64,000 nucleotides of DNA, taken from an uncultured Gemmatimonadaceae bacterium. Lineage in GTDB: Bacteria; Latescibacterota; UBA2968; UBA8231. The notes beneath the pieces were generated by a model that made no database searches, was not told where the DNA came from, and saw only the letters and a list, made by a program, of their open reading frames with translations. The position numbers and the translations under genes are program-made. Location: NCBI GenBank assembly GCA_964591015.1, contig CAZPXM010000002.1:4342-68341 (forward strand). Reading direction: 5' to 3'. This document shows positions 55,180-64,000 of the stretch, piece by piece; the first letter of the stretch is position 1; every line of letters starts with the position of its first letter.

Positions 55180-57183
55180 TCAGCTTTCCACGACCACCAC
55201 GGCGTGCAGGCCGAGTCGGTCCAGCTCCGCGCGCACCGATCGCCGGCCGCCCGGGCCCTCGATCCATCGCCAGCGCAGCCCGCCGTTCTCGCACGCCAGC
55301 CGCACGCGCCGCGGTCGGGCGGGCAGGTCGACATCCACGCGCACCGGTCCCACCGAGGGGATCTCGTCCACGGTGCCGTCGTTCGGACGCTGCGGGATGC
55401 CCGAGGCGCGGTTGATCAGGTGGACGAAGCGGCGGTTGCCCTTGCGCCGCAGCACCACGTCCACGCACGTGGGGGCGGCGACGCGGATGGCCAGCGGGCC
55501 GATCAGCGCGGCCGCCACCTCGCCGATGAACCGGCGCGCGAGCGGATAGCGGGTGCGCTCGAAGAACCGAAAGATGGCGAACGGGACGCAGGCCACCGCG
55601 CCCGCGCCGACGCGATGGACGCACGCGGAGGGGTAGGGAAGCACCCGCTCGTCGAGCAGCGGCGTGCGAGCGAGGCACGCCAGCGGCGTGGCGGTCCGGG
55701 CGCGGAGCAGCCGCCACTGCGCGCTGAAGGCCTCGAACGAGCCGTCGCCGGCGCGCACGTGGTAGCGGGCGTCGCTGGCCAGGCGCCCCGGCGACACGCC
55801 GAGGAATCCAGGGGTGAAGCGCGCGACGGCGGCAGCGCCCGAGACCAGCAGCCGGCCGCCGTCGCGCACGTACTGCTGCAGCCGCTCCACCATCGCGGCC
55901 GACAGGTCGTCCTGTTCGGGCACCACGACGGCGGGGAACTCGCCCAGGCGCTGCGCCAGCGCCCACTCGTCCAGGATGTCGACGCCATAGTGGTTCTCGA
56001 GCAGGCCGAAGGTGGCGCCGGCGACCGGGGCGGTGTCGATCGAGTGGTGGAGGTTGCGGGCGCCGTGGCGGCGCGCGTGGTATTCGGAGTGGAGCACCGC
56101 GATCTGGGGGATCGTGTCGGTGCCCTGGCACACGGTCCGGCGCCGCTTCACGAAGGCGCCCACCCGGCGCAGGCGCTCCAGGCGCCAGGGCACGAGCTGC
56201 CCGGTGCGGAGTCCGCCGGCATTCTCGTACACCTGCACCGAGCCGCCGAGCGCCAGCACCACGGCGGCTTCCTGTTCGATCATCGCCGCTGGCTTGGCGG
56301 TCCACGGGGCGCTGCGGTCGCCCACCCCGGGCGCGGCGTAGAAGCTCCAGATCATGATGTCCCAGGGCTTGCCGCGGGTGGAGATGAAGCGGGCCTCGCA
56401 GCGGCCGCTGTCCAGGCCGAAGACCCAGGTGTTGTCGCCGCTGATCCAGTCCGTGGGCACCCACGGCTCGCCGGGGTGGTGGAAGGTCTGCAGCCAGTTG
56501 GAGCACACCAGCACCCCGGGCTTGCGGGCATGGACGAAGTCGCAGTACCGGGCCACGTACTCCTCGAAGCTGCGCAAGGTGAACGCGAACCAGGCAGGCG
56601 ACTCGGGGGCATCGGTTTCGGTGGGCGGCGCGGCGATCCCCGTGGCCGCGGCGAAGGCGCGGCGGCACCGCGGGCAGTAGCAGGGCTCGGTAGCCCAGAT
56701 GTCGCCGTCCACCCAGAAGCCGTCGACCGCGTACCGGTCGATCAGCTCGGCGAACTGCGGCAGCACGAGCTGCTCCAGATAGGGCGAGCGCGGGCACATG
56801 CGGCCGGGAACGGCATGGCCGGCCGCGTCCACGCGGCACCACTCCGGGTGTTGCGCGCCGGCGGCGTCGTCCCAGATCCCGGAGTAGTGGCAATGGAGCG
56901 GCAGGCCGAGGGCGGCGGTGGCTGCCCGCCAGCCGCGCAGCGCGTCGCGGCGCACGCCCGGGCTGACCGACGCGGCGGGGACGCGGCTGAACCAGCTCGT
57001 GTAGCCGGCGTGGCCCTTGCAGTCGGTCTGCACGAAGTCCGCCCCCAGGCGCGCCAGCTGGGGCCGCAGGCGCCCCACGGTCGCGTGCAGGCCCAGCTCG
57101 GTGTCCTGGGGTCCGGCGTGCAGATCGTAGTGCAGGCCGAAGTAGCGGCGGCGGCCATGCCAGCGGCCAGCGTAGACGCTCAT
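55180..57183 (-). CDS. GH42-like glycoside hydrolase (TIM barrel with Cys-cluster CxCxxC and beta-galactosidase-trimerisation-like domain); family assignment tentative
   Basis: The CYCPRC and DCKGHAGY cysteines resemble the GH42 Zn site, and the C-terminal VVPEQDDLSAAMVERLQQYVRDGGRLLVSG is GATase1-like. The start is the ATG at 57183. Confidence 0.5.
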   Translation of the reverse strand: MSVYAGRWHGRRRYFGLHYDLHAGPQDTELGLHATVGRLRPQLARLGADFVQTDCKGHAGYTSWFSRVPAASVSPGVRRDALRGWRAATAALGLPLHCHYSGIWDDAAGAQHPEWCRVDAAGHAVPGRMCPRSPYLEQLVLPQFAELIDRYAVDGFWVDGDIWATEPCYCPRCRRAFAAATGIAAPPTETDAPESPAWFAFTLRSFEEYVARYCDFVHARKPGVLVCSNWLQTFHHPGEPWVPTDWISGDNTWVFGLDSGRCEARFISTRGKPWDIMIWSFYAAPGVGDRSAPWTAKPAAMIEQEAAVVLALGGSVQVYENAGGLRTGQLVPWRLERLRRVGAFVKRRRTVCQGTDTIPQIAVLHSEYHARRHGARNLHHSIDTAPVAGATFGLLENHYGVDILDEWALAQRLGEFPAVVVPEQDDLSAAMVERLQQYVRDGGRLLVSGAAAVARFTPGFLGVSPGRLASDARYHVRAGDGSFEAFSAQWRLLRARTATPLACLARTPLLDERVLPYPSACVHRVGAGAVACVPFAIFRFFERTRYPLARRFIGEVAAALIGPLAIRVAAPTCVDVVLRRKGNRRFVHLINRASGIPQRPNDGTVDEIPSVGPVRVDVDLPARPRRVRLACENGGLRWRWIEGPGGRRSVRAELDRLGLHAVVVVES

Positions 57184-57190
57184 GGCGACC

Positions 57191-57517
57191 TCACTGCAGC
57201 GGCGAGAATGGGGTGGGAGCAAGGTTCTTCGAGATGACCCGCGCGACGATCGGTCCGGCTGCTTCGGTGCGGGCGCGCGCGGCCACCCACTCGGGGTCGG
57301 CCCGGAAGGCGCGCCACGCTCGCTCCTGGGCCGCCTCGTCGGCGAAGCGAAGCAGGTAGACCAAAGCGTTTTCTGCCTGCGGGCCAACCTCGGTCCAGAA
57401 TCCGACGAGCTCCATGCCGTGCCGCGCGAACAGGCTCAGCGTGACGGTGGCGAACCGGGCCAGGATGTCCGGCATCCGGCCCGCGGGGATCAGGTAGGTG
57501 CGCAGTTCGTAGAGCAA
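57191..57517 (-). CDS. NIPSNAP-family small protein
   Basis: LLYELRTYLIP...MELVGFWTEVGPQAENALVYLLRF...AWRAFRADPEW. The TTG start at 57517 is preceded by AGGGAGGG. Confidence 0.5.
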   Translation of the reverse strand: MLYELRTYLIPAGRMPDILARFATVTLSLFARHGMELVGFWTEVGPQAENALVYLLRFADEAAQERAWRAFRADPEWVAARARTEAAGPIVARVISKNLAPTPFSPLQ

Positions 57518-57789
57518 GGTTCCCTCCCTGCGAGCGGCGACGATGCGTCGGGGAAACGCCGGTCCTCCTGGCGCTCGCGGAGCTGCCGGCGCGCACAAGG
57601 TGGAGGCCGGGTGGAGGCGGTGTCAATCCCGGCACCGGACCGGCTGGCAGCCCGGGTGAGCGAGATCACGTCGCCGCGCGCGCCGGGCGGCCATATTCAG
57701 CGACGAACGACCGGCAGGCGACGGCAGGACGGGCGCGAGGCCGGCGCCGCCGGGGAGAGCGAGGACTGACCTGCTCGGGGGGAGACGAG

Positions 57790-58713
57790 ATGCAAGCGAA
57801 GAGGTTGTTGGCCATCGCGACCTGCCTGTGTTGCGCGGCGCTGTGGGCCGCGGCTGACGCAGCGCGGGCGCAGTCCGGAGTCGAGATCGGCGAGTCATCC
57901 GGGCAGGAGCAGAGCGGTCTGGGCAGCGAGGACGAACCCGGCCAGGATGGGGTGCAACCCCGGATCGCTCCGGCCGCTGGCCACGTGCCCATCGGGCACG
58001 GGCGGCAGTTCCGCATCGCGGGACCGGTCGCGGGGTGGACCCTGGCGCTGATCCAGATGAGCGCCCCGGACGTGGCCACGCTCGGCGAGGACGGCCAGCT
58101 CACCGCGGTGACCGGCGGGTGGGTCATCATCGGCGCCGTCGACGCCGCCCAGAACGTCGTGGCCGCGACCGACACCATCTGGCTGGCGGGAGGTCCGACT
58201 GCCATCGGCCCGCATGGCGGCCGGGCCTTCGCCGCCGAGGACACGTTCGTGTGCGTGGCATTCCCGCCCAACGCCTCGCCGCGCGCCATGCAGGCCCTGA
58301 TCCAGAAGCGGGTCCTGGCAGATCTGCCTGCGGAGGCGCGGCGCCAGGGTACGCCCGTGTCCGTGTTCGCCTTCGAGGTCACGGATGCGGAGACCGGCGA
58401 GGATATCGGCGGCACCGTGGGATTCCGCCAGGCAGCCAGCCTGACGCTCCGGTACGAGCACAGCGAGCTGCCGCCCGGCGTCACCGAAGACGAGCTCGTG
58501 GTGGCCTACTTCGACAAGCTCGCCCGCCGGTGGTACCAGGTACGCCCCGAGATGGTGTTCGCGGTAAACACGGAGAGCAACACCATCACCATCGGCACGA
58601 CGCATGCGTCCTACTGGGCCATCATGCCGGACGACAGCGTGGACGAGGCGCCCGAGACCGAGGTGCAGCGAGCTAGCTGGGGAACGCTGAAGCACGGCGC
58701 CCCCCGGGACTAG
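57790..58713 (+). CDS. Secreted hypothetical protein
   Basis: A signal peptide (MQAKRLLAIATCLCCAALWAAADAARAQ) and a GGGGAGACGAG RBS. No recognisable domain. Confidence 0.45.
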   Translation: MQAKRLLAIATCLCCAALWAAADAARAQSGVEIGESSGQEQSGLGSEDEPGQDGVQPRIAPAAGHVPIGHGRQFRIAGPVAGWTLALIQMSAPDVATLGEDGQLTAVTGGWVIIGAVDAAQNVVAATDTIWLAGGPTAIGPHGGRAFAAEDTFVCVAFPPNASPRAMQALIQKRVLADLPAEARRQGTPVSVFAFEVTDAETGEDIGGTVGFRQAASLTLRYEHSELPPGVTEDELVVAYFDKLARRWYQVRPEMVFAVNTESNTITIGTTHASYWAIMPDDSVDEAPETEVQRASWGTLKHGAPRD

Positions 58714-58818
58714 CAGCGCGTCGCAGCGCCCCGCGCCGCAGTGCGCCGGGCGGCGGCTCCGCTCGCGCCGGCGCCGTGGGGCGCAGCCGAGCGGGGCGGT
58801 GCGGCCGCGCCGCCCCGC

Positions 58819-61281
58819 TCAGACGAACAGGGTCATGCCGGCCTGGTCCGCTTCCTCCAGGAACGCGGCGACGCCGCCGATCTCCACGCCGTCCACCAGC
58901 TCCTCGCGGCGGATCCCCATCACGTCCATCGACATGGCGCAGGCCACCAGCCGCACGCCGCCCTGCCGGGCCTGAGCGATCAGCTCCGGCAGGCTGTCGA
59001 CCCGCCGGGCGCGCATGACGCGCTTCATCATCAGCGTGCCCAGCCCCAGCATGTTGAGCCTGGAGAGCTTGAGGGCGGCCGCGCCGCGGGGCATCATCCA
59101 GCCGAAGAGCCGATCCAGCGGCCCCTTGCCGGGTGCCTGGCGACCGGAGCGCCGCAGCACGTTCAGACCCCAGAAGGTGAAGAACATGCTGACCTGGCTG
59201 CCCATGCTCACCGCGCCGTTGGCGATGATGAACGCCGCCATCACCTTGTCGAGGTCGCCGGAGAAGACGACGAGGGTCTTCCTCTCGGCAGCGCGGCCGG
59301 CAGCGGCCCCGCTCGGCACCGGGCCGAGCGCCGGGGCGGCCGCCTTGCGGATGCGCGCCTCCAGGCGCGCGCCCGTGCTGCTCCATCCCACCAGGGTGTG
59401 GCCGTGTCTGCGGCACCACGCCGGCAGATCCGTCGCGAACCCGGGATCCGTGGCGGACACGACCAGCTCGTCGCCGGGAGCCATGGCCCCGATCGCCTCG
59501 TTGACCTTGCGGATGGGGCCCGGGCACTGCAATCCGCAGCAGTCGAGGGTCACCGTCCTGCCGCTCGGCGACGGCTCTCCCTCCGTCATCTTGTCCTCCG
59601 CGTACGACAGCAGCGGAACCTCCGGCTCTCCTGTGCACACGCCGGTTCCGTGATAGCTGCAGAACGTCATCGAACCGCCAGCCAGCGATGCCGCCGCGAA
59701 GCCGCGCTGCCTGAGGATCCGGTAGGCCAGGTAGCTGCGGAAGCCCACCTTGCAGTAGGCGAAGACGGGCTTGCGCCGGTCGAGTCGGTGCAGCGACTGA
59801 CGCAGCTCGCTGACCGGGATGTTGACGGCGCCGGGAATGTGCCAGACCTCGTACTCGTGTGCGGTGCGCACATCCAGGATGGTGCCCGTGGCCGTGCGCT
59901 CGGGGTACTCCTCGGCATACCATAGCTCGAGGTCTCCCTGGAGCACGTTGGCGGCCACGAAGCCCGCCATGTTCACCGGGTCCTTGGCGGCTCCGTACGG
60001 CGGCGCGTAGGCCAGCTCCAGGTCCTGCAGATCGTACACGGTCATGCCGGCACGCAACGCCACGGCGAGCACGTCCAGGCGCTTGTCGACGCCGTCGTAC
60101 CCCACTGCCTGGGCGCCCAGCAGACGACCACTCTCGGGCGCGAACAGCACCTTCAGATGCATGGGGGCCGAACCGGGGTAGTAGCCGGCGTGCCCCGACG
60201 GATGCAGATACACCTTGCGGTAGGGCAGGCCGGCCCTGGCCAGTGCCTTCTCGGAGGCGCCGGTGATCCCTCCGGTCATGTCGAAGACCTTGACGATGGC
60301 CGTTCCCTGCGTGCCCGAGTACGCGCTGTCGCGGCCGAAGATGTGGTCGGCTGCCGTGCGGCCCTGCCGGTTGGCCGGGCCCGCCAGCGGGATCTGGGCC
60401 GGCGTGCCCGTGACGGCGTCCGTGACCTCGACGGCGTCTCCCGCCGCATAGATGTCGGGGTCGCTGGTGCGCAGATGCGCGTCGACCTTGATGCCGCCGC
60501 GGGCGCCCAGCTCGAGGCCTGCCGCGCGGGCCAGCTCGGTGTCCGGTCGTACTCCCACGGACATGATCACCAGGTCTGCGGACAACATCTGGCCGTCGAC
60601 CAGCTCGACCCGCACGCGACCGCCGTCGTCCGCGAAGGCGGCGGCGGCCACGCCGAGGTGCAGCCGGACGCCGTGCCAGCGCAGGTGGTGTTCGAGATCG
60701 CGAGCCATCTCGCGGTCGAGCGGCGGCATGAGCTGGTCGACCATCTCGACCAGGTCGACCTCCAGGCCGCGCGCCCGCAGGTTCTCGGCCATCTCGACGC
60801 CGATGTACCCGCCGCCGATGACCACGCCCTGCCGGGCGCCCTGGTCGACGACGGCCTTGATCCGGTCCATGTCGTCGATGTTGCGCAGCACGAAGATGCG
60901 CGGATGCTCGCTGCCGGGCAGGCTGGGGCGGATGGGCTGGGCCCCGGGACACAGGATCAGCTTGTCGTACGTCTCGCTGTAGCTCCGGCCCGACGCCACC
61001 TCGCGCACGGTGACGCGGTGCGCGGATCGATCGATCGCGATCGCCTCGTGGCCGACGCGCACGTCCAGGTCGAGCATGGCCCGCAGACTCTCGGGAGTCT
61101 GCAGCAGCAGGTTCTCGCGCTCCTTGATGACGCCGCCGATGTGGTAGGGCAGCCCGCAGTTGGCGAACGACACGTGGTCGCCGCGTTCCAGCACGACGAT
61201 CTGGGCCTGCTCGTCGAGCCGGCGCGCCCGCGCTGCCGCCGAAGCCCCGGCGGCGACGCCGCCGATCACCAGCAACTTCAT
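58819..61281 (-). CDS. Multidomain CoA-disulfide reductase / NADH oxidase-like flavoprotein fused to rhodanese, TusA-like and DsrE/DsrF-like domains
   Basis: The FAD site (KLLVIGGVAAGASAA), the redox Cys (SFANCGLPYH), a rhodanese Cys (AYCKVGFRS), the TusA CPxP motif (LDCCGLQCPGPI) and a C-terminal DsrE-like domain. The start is the ATG at 61281 with a GAGAGGAGAAGG RBS. Confidence 0.8.
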   Translation of the reverse strand: MKLLVIGGVAAGASAAARARRLDEQAQIVVLERGDHVSFANCGLPYHIGGVIKERENLLLQTPESLRAMLDLDVRVGHEAIAIDRSAHRVTVREVASGRSYSETYDKLILCPGAQPIRPSLPGSEHPRIFVLRNIDDMDRIKAVVDQGARQGVVIGGGYIGVEMAENLRARGLEVDLVEMVDQLMPPLDREMARDLEHHLRWHGVRLHLGVAAAAFADDGGRVRVELVDGQMLSADLVIMSVGVRPDTELARAAGLELGARGGIKVDAHLRTSDPDIYAAGDAVEVTDAVTGTPAQIPLAGPANRQGRTAADHIFGRDSAYSGTQGTAIVKVFDMTGGITGASEKALARAGLPYRKVYLHPSGHAGYYPGSAPMHLKVLFAPESGRLLGAQAVGYDGVDKRLDVLAVALRAGMTVYDLQDLELAYAPPYGAAKDPVNMAGFVAANVLQGDLELWYAEEYPERTATGTILDVRTAHEYEVWHIPGAVNIPVSELRQSLHRLDRRKPVFAYCKVGFRSYLAYRILRQRGFAAASLAGGSMTFCSYHGTGVCTGEPEVPLLSYAEDKMTEGEPSPSGRTVTLDCCGLQCPGPIRKVNEAIGAMAPGDELVVSATDPGFATDLPAWCRRHGHTLVGWSSTGARLEARIRKAAAPALGPVPSGAAAGRAAERKTLVVFSGDLDKVMAAFIIANGAVSMGSQVSMFFTFWGLNVLRRSGRQAPGKGPLDRLFGWMMPRGAAALKLSRLNMLGLGTLMMKRVMRARRVDSLPELIAQARQGGVRLVACAMSMDVMGIRREELVDGVEIGGVAAFLEEADQAGMTLFV

Positions 61282-61545
61282 CGCCTTCTCCTCTCTGTCC
61301 GGGATTCGCGCCGGCGCGCCCGGCCTGGGTTCGGCAGGGCGCGGTACTGCCGGCGGCCCGCCGCTCCGTGCCCCGAGCTGCGGCGCAGACGCGGGCAGCG
61401 CCGGACGTCGCCGCACGCACGAACATGGGGGCCCCGCAGCGTCGCGCAAGCTCGGCGCTGCCGGCTGCGGTCACCGCCTTGCCGCGATGGATCGGGCCCG
61501 GACCGGGCCGGAGGGGCTGCGTCCTGCTCGGGTCCGGACGAGGGG

Positions 61546-62901
61546 CTACCGGCCATCCTCGCTCGCCGGCACGCCTCCGGCGGAGACCAGCAGCAGGACG
61601 AGCAAGAGGGTCGCCACGGCCGCCAGCGTGGCGCCCAGGCCGAAGGCCAGCGCCGGACCGTACAGACGCCACACCACGCCGAACAGCAGGCTGGCGGGCA
61701 GCGCCGCCAGGCCGACGGCGCCGTGGTAGATGCCGAAGGCGGTGCCGCGACGCTCAGGCGGCGCGAAATCGGCGACCAGGGCCTTCTCCACGCCTTCGGT
61801 CATGCCGTGGTAGAAGCCGTACGCGATGACCAGCGCGACGAACCCGTGGGCGGTGCGCGTCGCGGCCAGGCCGAGGTAGATCGCCGCGTAGACCAGCCAG
61901 CCGGCGACGATCACCGGGCGCCGACCCACCCGATCCGAGATGATGCCCCCGGGGAGGCTGAAGGCGACCTTGGCCACGTGCAAGGCGATCCACAGACCCA
62001 CCAGGTGCACCAGGCTGAAACCGAAGCGCGCGCGACCGAGGAAGACGATGAACAGATCCGAGCTGTTGCCCAGCGCGAACAGCGCGGCGATGCCGACGAA
62101 GGCGCGGAAGCGCCCCGGGAGTGGCCGCGCTGCGGCGGGCGCCGCGCCAGCCTCGGCGCGCGCTGCGGGCGCCCGTGCGCCCGCCTCGCGCACGCGCCAT
62201 AGGATGACGGCCATGGCGCCGACGCCGGGGAACAGCGCCAGCGCGAACAGCCAGCGCAGGGCGCGCATCTCCGCCGGCGTGGGCACCGACGCGCTGCCAT
62301 GCCACATCGTCCTGCCCAACAGCAGCTGCAGCAACGCCAGAGCCGCCAGCGGGCCGACGATGGCGCCGGTATGGTCCATGGCGCGGTGCAGGCTGAAGGC
62401 CAGGCCGCGGTGCTCCGCCGCCACGGAGTCGCCGATCAGGGCATCGCGCGGACTCGTCCGGATTCCCTTGCCGACGCGGTCGAGGAACTTGAGGGCCACC
62501 GCGTGCCAGGCGCTCTGCGCGATCGCCATCAGCGGCCGACACAGGCTCGAGAATCCATACCCGAACGCGACCAGCGTCTTGCGGCGGCCGAGACGGTCGC
62601 TCCAGCTCCCGGCGGCGATCTTGAGCAGCGACGAGGTCGTCTCCGCGATCCCCTCGAGCAGCCCCACGAACAGGGCGGTGCGGGCGGCCACGTCGGGACC
62701 CGGAGCGAGCAGGCCCGAGATGAACACCGGCAGAAGCGGGTTCATCATCTCGCTCGACAGGTCGGTGAAGAGGCTGACCAGGCCCAGGTTCAGCACGTTG
62801 CCCGTGACTGCCTGGCGCCAGGCAGCCAGGCGGCGCTCCGTCCCGGCGCCCGCTGCGTCCGTGGGGCTGCGGCCAATACCTTCCCGAGGTTGCCGTTCCA
62901 T
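61546..62901 (-). CDS. MFS transporter
   Basis: A 451-aa product with 12 or more hydrophobic segments and an MFS-like signature (GIISDRVGRRPVI). The start ATG at 62901 overlaps the upstream ggt stop. Confidence 0.7.
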   Translation of the reverse strand: MERQPREGIGRSPTDAAGAGTERRLAAWRQAVTGNVLNLGLVSLFTDLSSEMMNPLLPVFISGLLAPGPDVAARTALFVGLLEGIAETTSSLLKIAAGSWSDRLGRRKTLVAFGYGFSSLCRPLMAIAQSAWHAVALKFLDRVGKGIRTSPRDALIGDSVAAEHRGLAFSLHRAMDHTGAIVGPLAALALLQLLLGRTMWHGSASVPTPAEMRALRWLFALALFPGVGAMAVILWRVREAGARAPAARAEAGAAPAAARPLPGRFRAFVGIAALFALGNSSDLFIVFLGRARFGFSLVHLVGLWIALHVAKVAFSLPGGIISDRVGRRPVIVAGWLVYAAIYLGLAATRTAHGFVALVIAYGFYHGMTEGVEKALVADFAPPERRGTAFGIYHGAVGLAALPASLLFGVVWRLYGPALAFGLGATLAAVATLLLVLLLVSAGGVPASEDGR

Positions 62902-64000
62902 CACGCGGTGAGTCCGGCGGCGTGGCGTCCGGCGGCCGGATCCCCGGCTGCTCGCAGGCAGCCCGTGTCGGGATCGACATGCACCATCACCGGCACGCCG
63001 ATGGGTCCTGGTCTCACGTCCAGTTCGTGGCCGCGGCGGGCCAGCTCCGCCTGTACGTTGGCGGGAAGCCGCGCGGAGACTGTCAACCGCGCGGGCGGGA
63101 TGGTGCGGGCCCGGTCGGGCCGGGGATCGAACGAATCCTCGTGCAGCGAGGTGGCGAAGCGTGGGGCGGTCACTGCCTGCGCCGGCGACATGCCGAAATC
63201 GATGGCGTTCAAGAGGAGTCCCAGCGTCACCTGGTCCTGCAGATCGCCGCCCGCGACGCTGATCGCGTACGCGGGGCGGCCGCGGCGCAGCACGAGCGTG
63301 GGCGTGAGGGTGATGCGCGGACGCTTGCCGGGCTGGATGCAGTTCGGGTGCCCCGGCGTGGTGTTGAGGCTTCGCAGCCGGTTGCCGAAGGTGACGCCGG
63401 CCTGGCCCCCGCGCGCGGTGGGCAGATGGACGTTGGCGCTGGGCGTGGCGGCGACGACGTTGCCCCAGCGGTCCGCGACCACGCAGGTCGTGGTGCCGCC
63501 CGGCCCGGGCTGGTGCGGGGCAGTATCGGCGCGCAGCGGCTCCATGGCGTACGGGTCCCCCGGCCGCCACGCGGTGGCGGCGTGTCCCCTGTCGATCAGA
63601 GCGCGGCGGATGGCCGTGTAGCGGTCGGACAGGAGCGCCTCCAGGGGGACAGCAGTGAATAGTGGATCGCCGTAGTACGCGTCTCGATCTGCCAGGGCGA
63701 GTTTCAGGGCCTCGACGGCCACGTGCACGCTGTCCGCCGACGCAGGTCCCATGCCGCGGATGTCGAAGCCCTCCAGCAGCCGCAGCGCCTGGCACAGGCA
63801 GGGGCCCTGGGTCCACGGGCCGCACTTGCATACGGTGTAGCCGCGGTAGGAGACCGTCACGGGCTCCTCCACGCGCGTCGTGTGGGCGGCCAGGTCGGTC
63901 TGCCGCAGGAACCCGCCCTCCTGGATGTAGAAGGCCTCCAGCTCGGCCGCGATATCGCTGCCGCCGCCGCGCCCGTAGAAGCGATCGCAGGCGGCCTGGA
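62901..64000 (-). CDS. ggt: Gamma-glutamyltranspeptidase, C-terminal portion (gene continues beyond the window end)
   Basis: The autoprocessing site (GPGGTTTCVVADRWGNVVAATPS) and small-subunit motifs (TLGLLLNAIDFGMSPAQAVTAPRF). The frame is open to the window edge. Confidence 0.75.
   Translation of the reverse strand, partial: QAACDRFYGRGGGSDIAAELEAFYIQEGGFLRQTDLAAHTTRVEEPVTVSYRGYTVCKCGPWTQGPCLCQALRLLEGFDIRGMGPASADSVHVAVEALKLALADRDAYYGDPLFTAVPLEALLSDRYTAIRRALIDRGHAATAWRPGDPYAMEPLRADTAPHQPGPGGTTTCVVADRWGNVVAATPSANVHLPTARGGQAGVTFGNRLRSLNTTPGHPNCIQPGKRPRITLTPTLVLRRGRPAYAISVAGGDLQDQVTLGLLLNAIDFGMSPAQAVTAPRFATSLHEDSFDPRPDRARTIPPARLTVSARLPANVQAELARRGHELDVRPGPIGVPVMVHVDPDTGCLRAAGDPAAGRHAAGLTA

Overview
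The window is 64 kb of very high-GC (about 70%) bacterial DNA, densely coding on both strands. It is probably from an uncultured FCB-group-like or Gemmatimonadota-like lineage; that placement is inference only, from the GC content and the many FlgD-Ig-type secreted proteins. The core is a hydrogen and redox gene island. It starts with the 3' end of an rnf operon (rnfG-E-A-B). A Rex-like regulator then sits at the head of a minus-strand operon encoding a trimeric electron-bifurcating-type [FeFe] hydrogenase (hydC-hydB-hydA). That operon is followed by a HydS-like sensory [FeFe]-hydrogenase domain fused directly to a histidine-kinase transmitter, a stand-alone receiver, and a REC-first hybrid kinase. 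Divergently from rex there is a complete NAD-linked bidirectional [NiFe] hydrogenase operon (fused hoxEF, hoxU, hoxY, hoxH, hoxW protease), a second paralogous stand-alone receiver plus a membrane GAF histidine kinase, and hypF-hypC-hypD-hypE. The rest of the window encodes a standalone aceE, an Ldh_2-family dehydrogenase, an OmpR-type two-component system, and glycan-degradation genes (GH29 fucosidase, a GH42-like hydrolase, a secreted CBM9-like protein). It also holds a tight five-gene cell-surface locus (lipoprotein, three paralogous secreted discoidin/FlgD-Ig proteins, and an 882-aa probable outer-membrane protein) next to a SurA-like chaperone. Further along are a Tat-exported class-V PLP enzyme paired with an exported RidA, divergent eda and tungsten-type AOR genes, a CoADR-rhodanese-TusA-DsrE fusion, an MFS transporter and a partial ggt. 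I saw no rRNA, tRNA, CRISPR array or mobile element. Many long ORFs in the six-frame track are antisense or alternate-frame artefacts of the GC content. Start codons were refined by hand in many cases, with several GTG/TTG starts and 1-4 nt gene overlaps.
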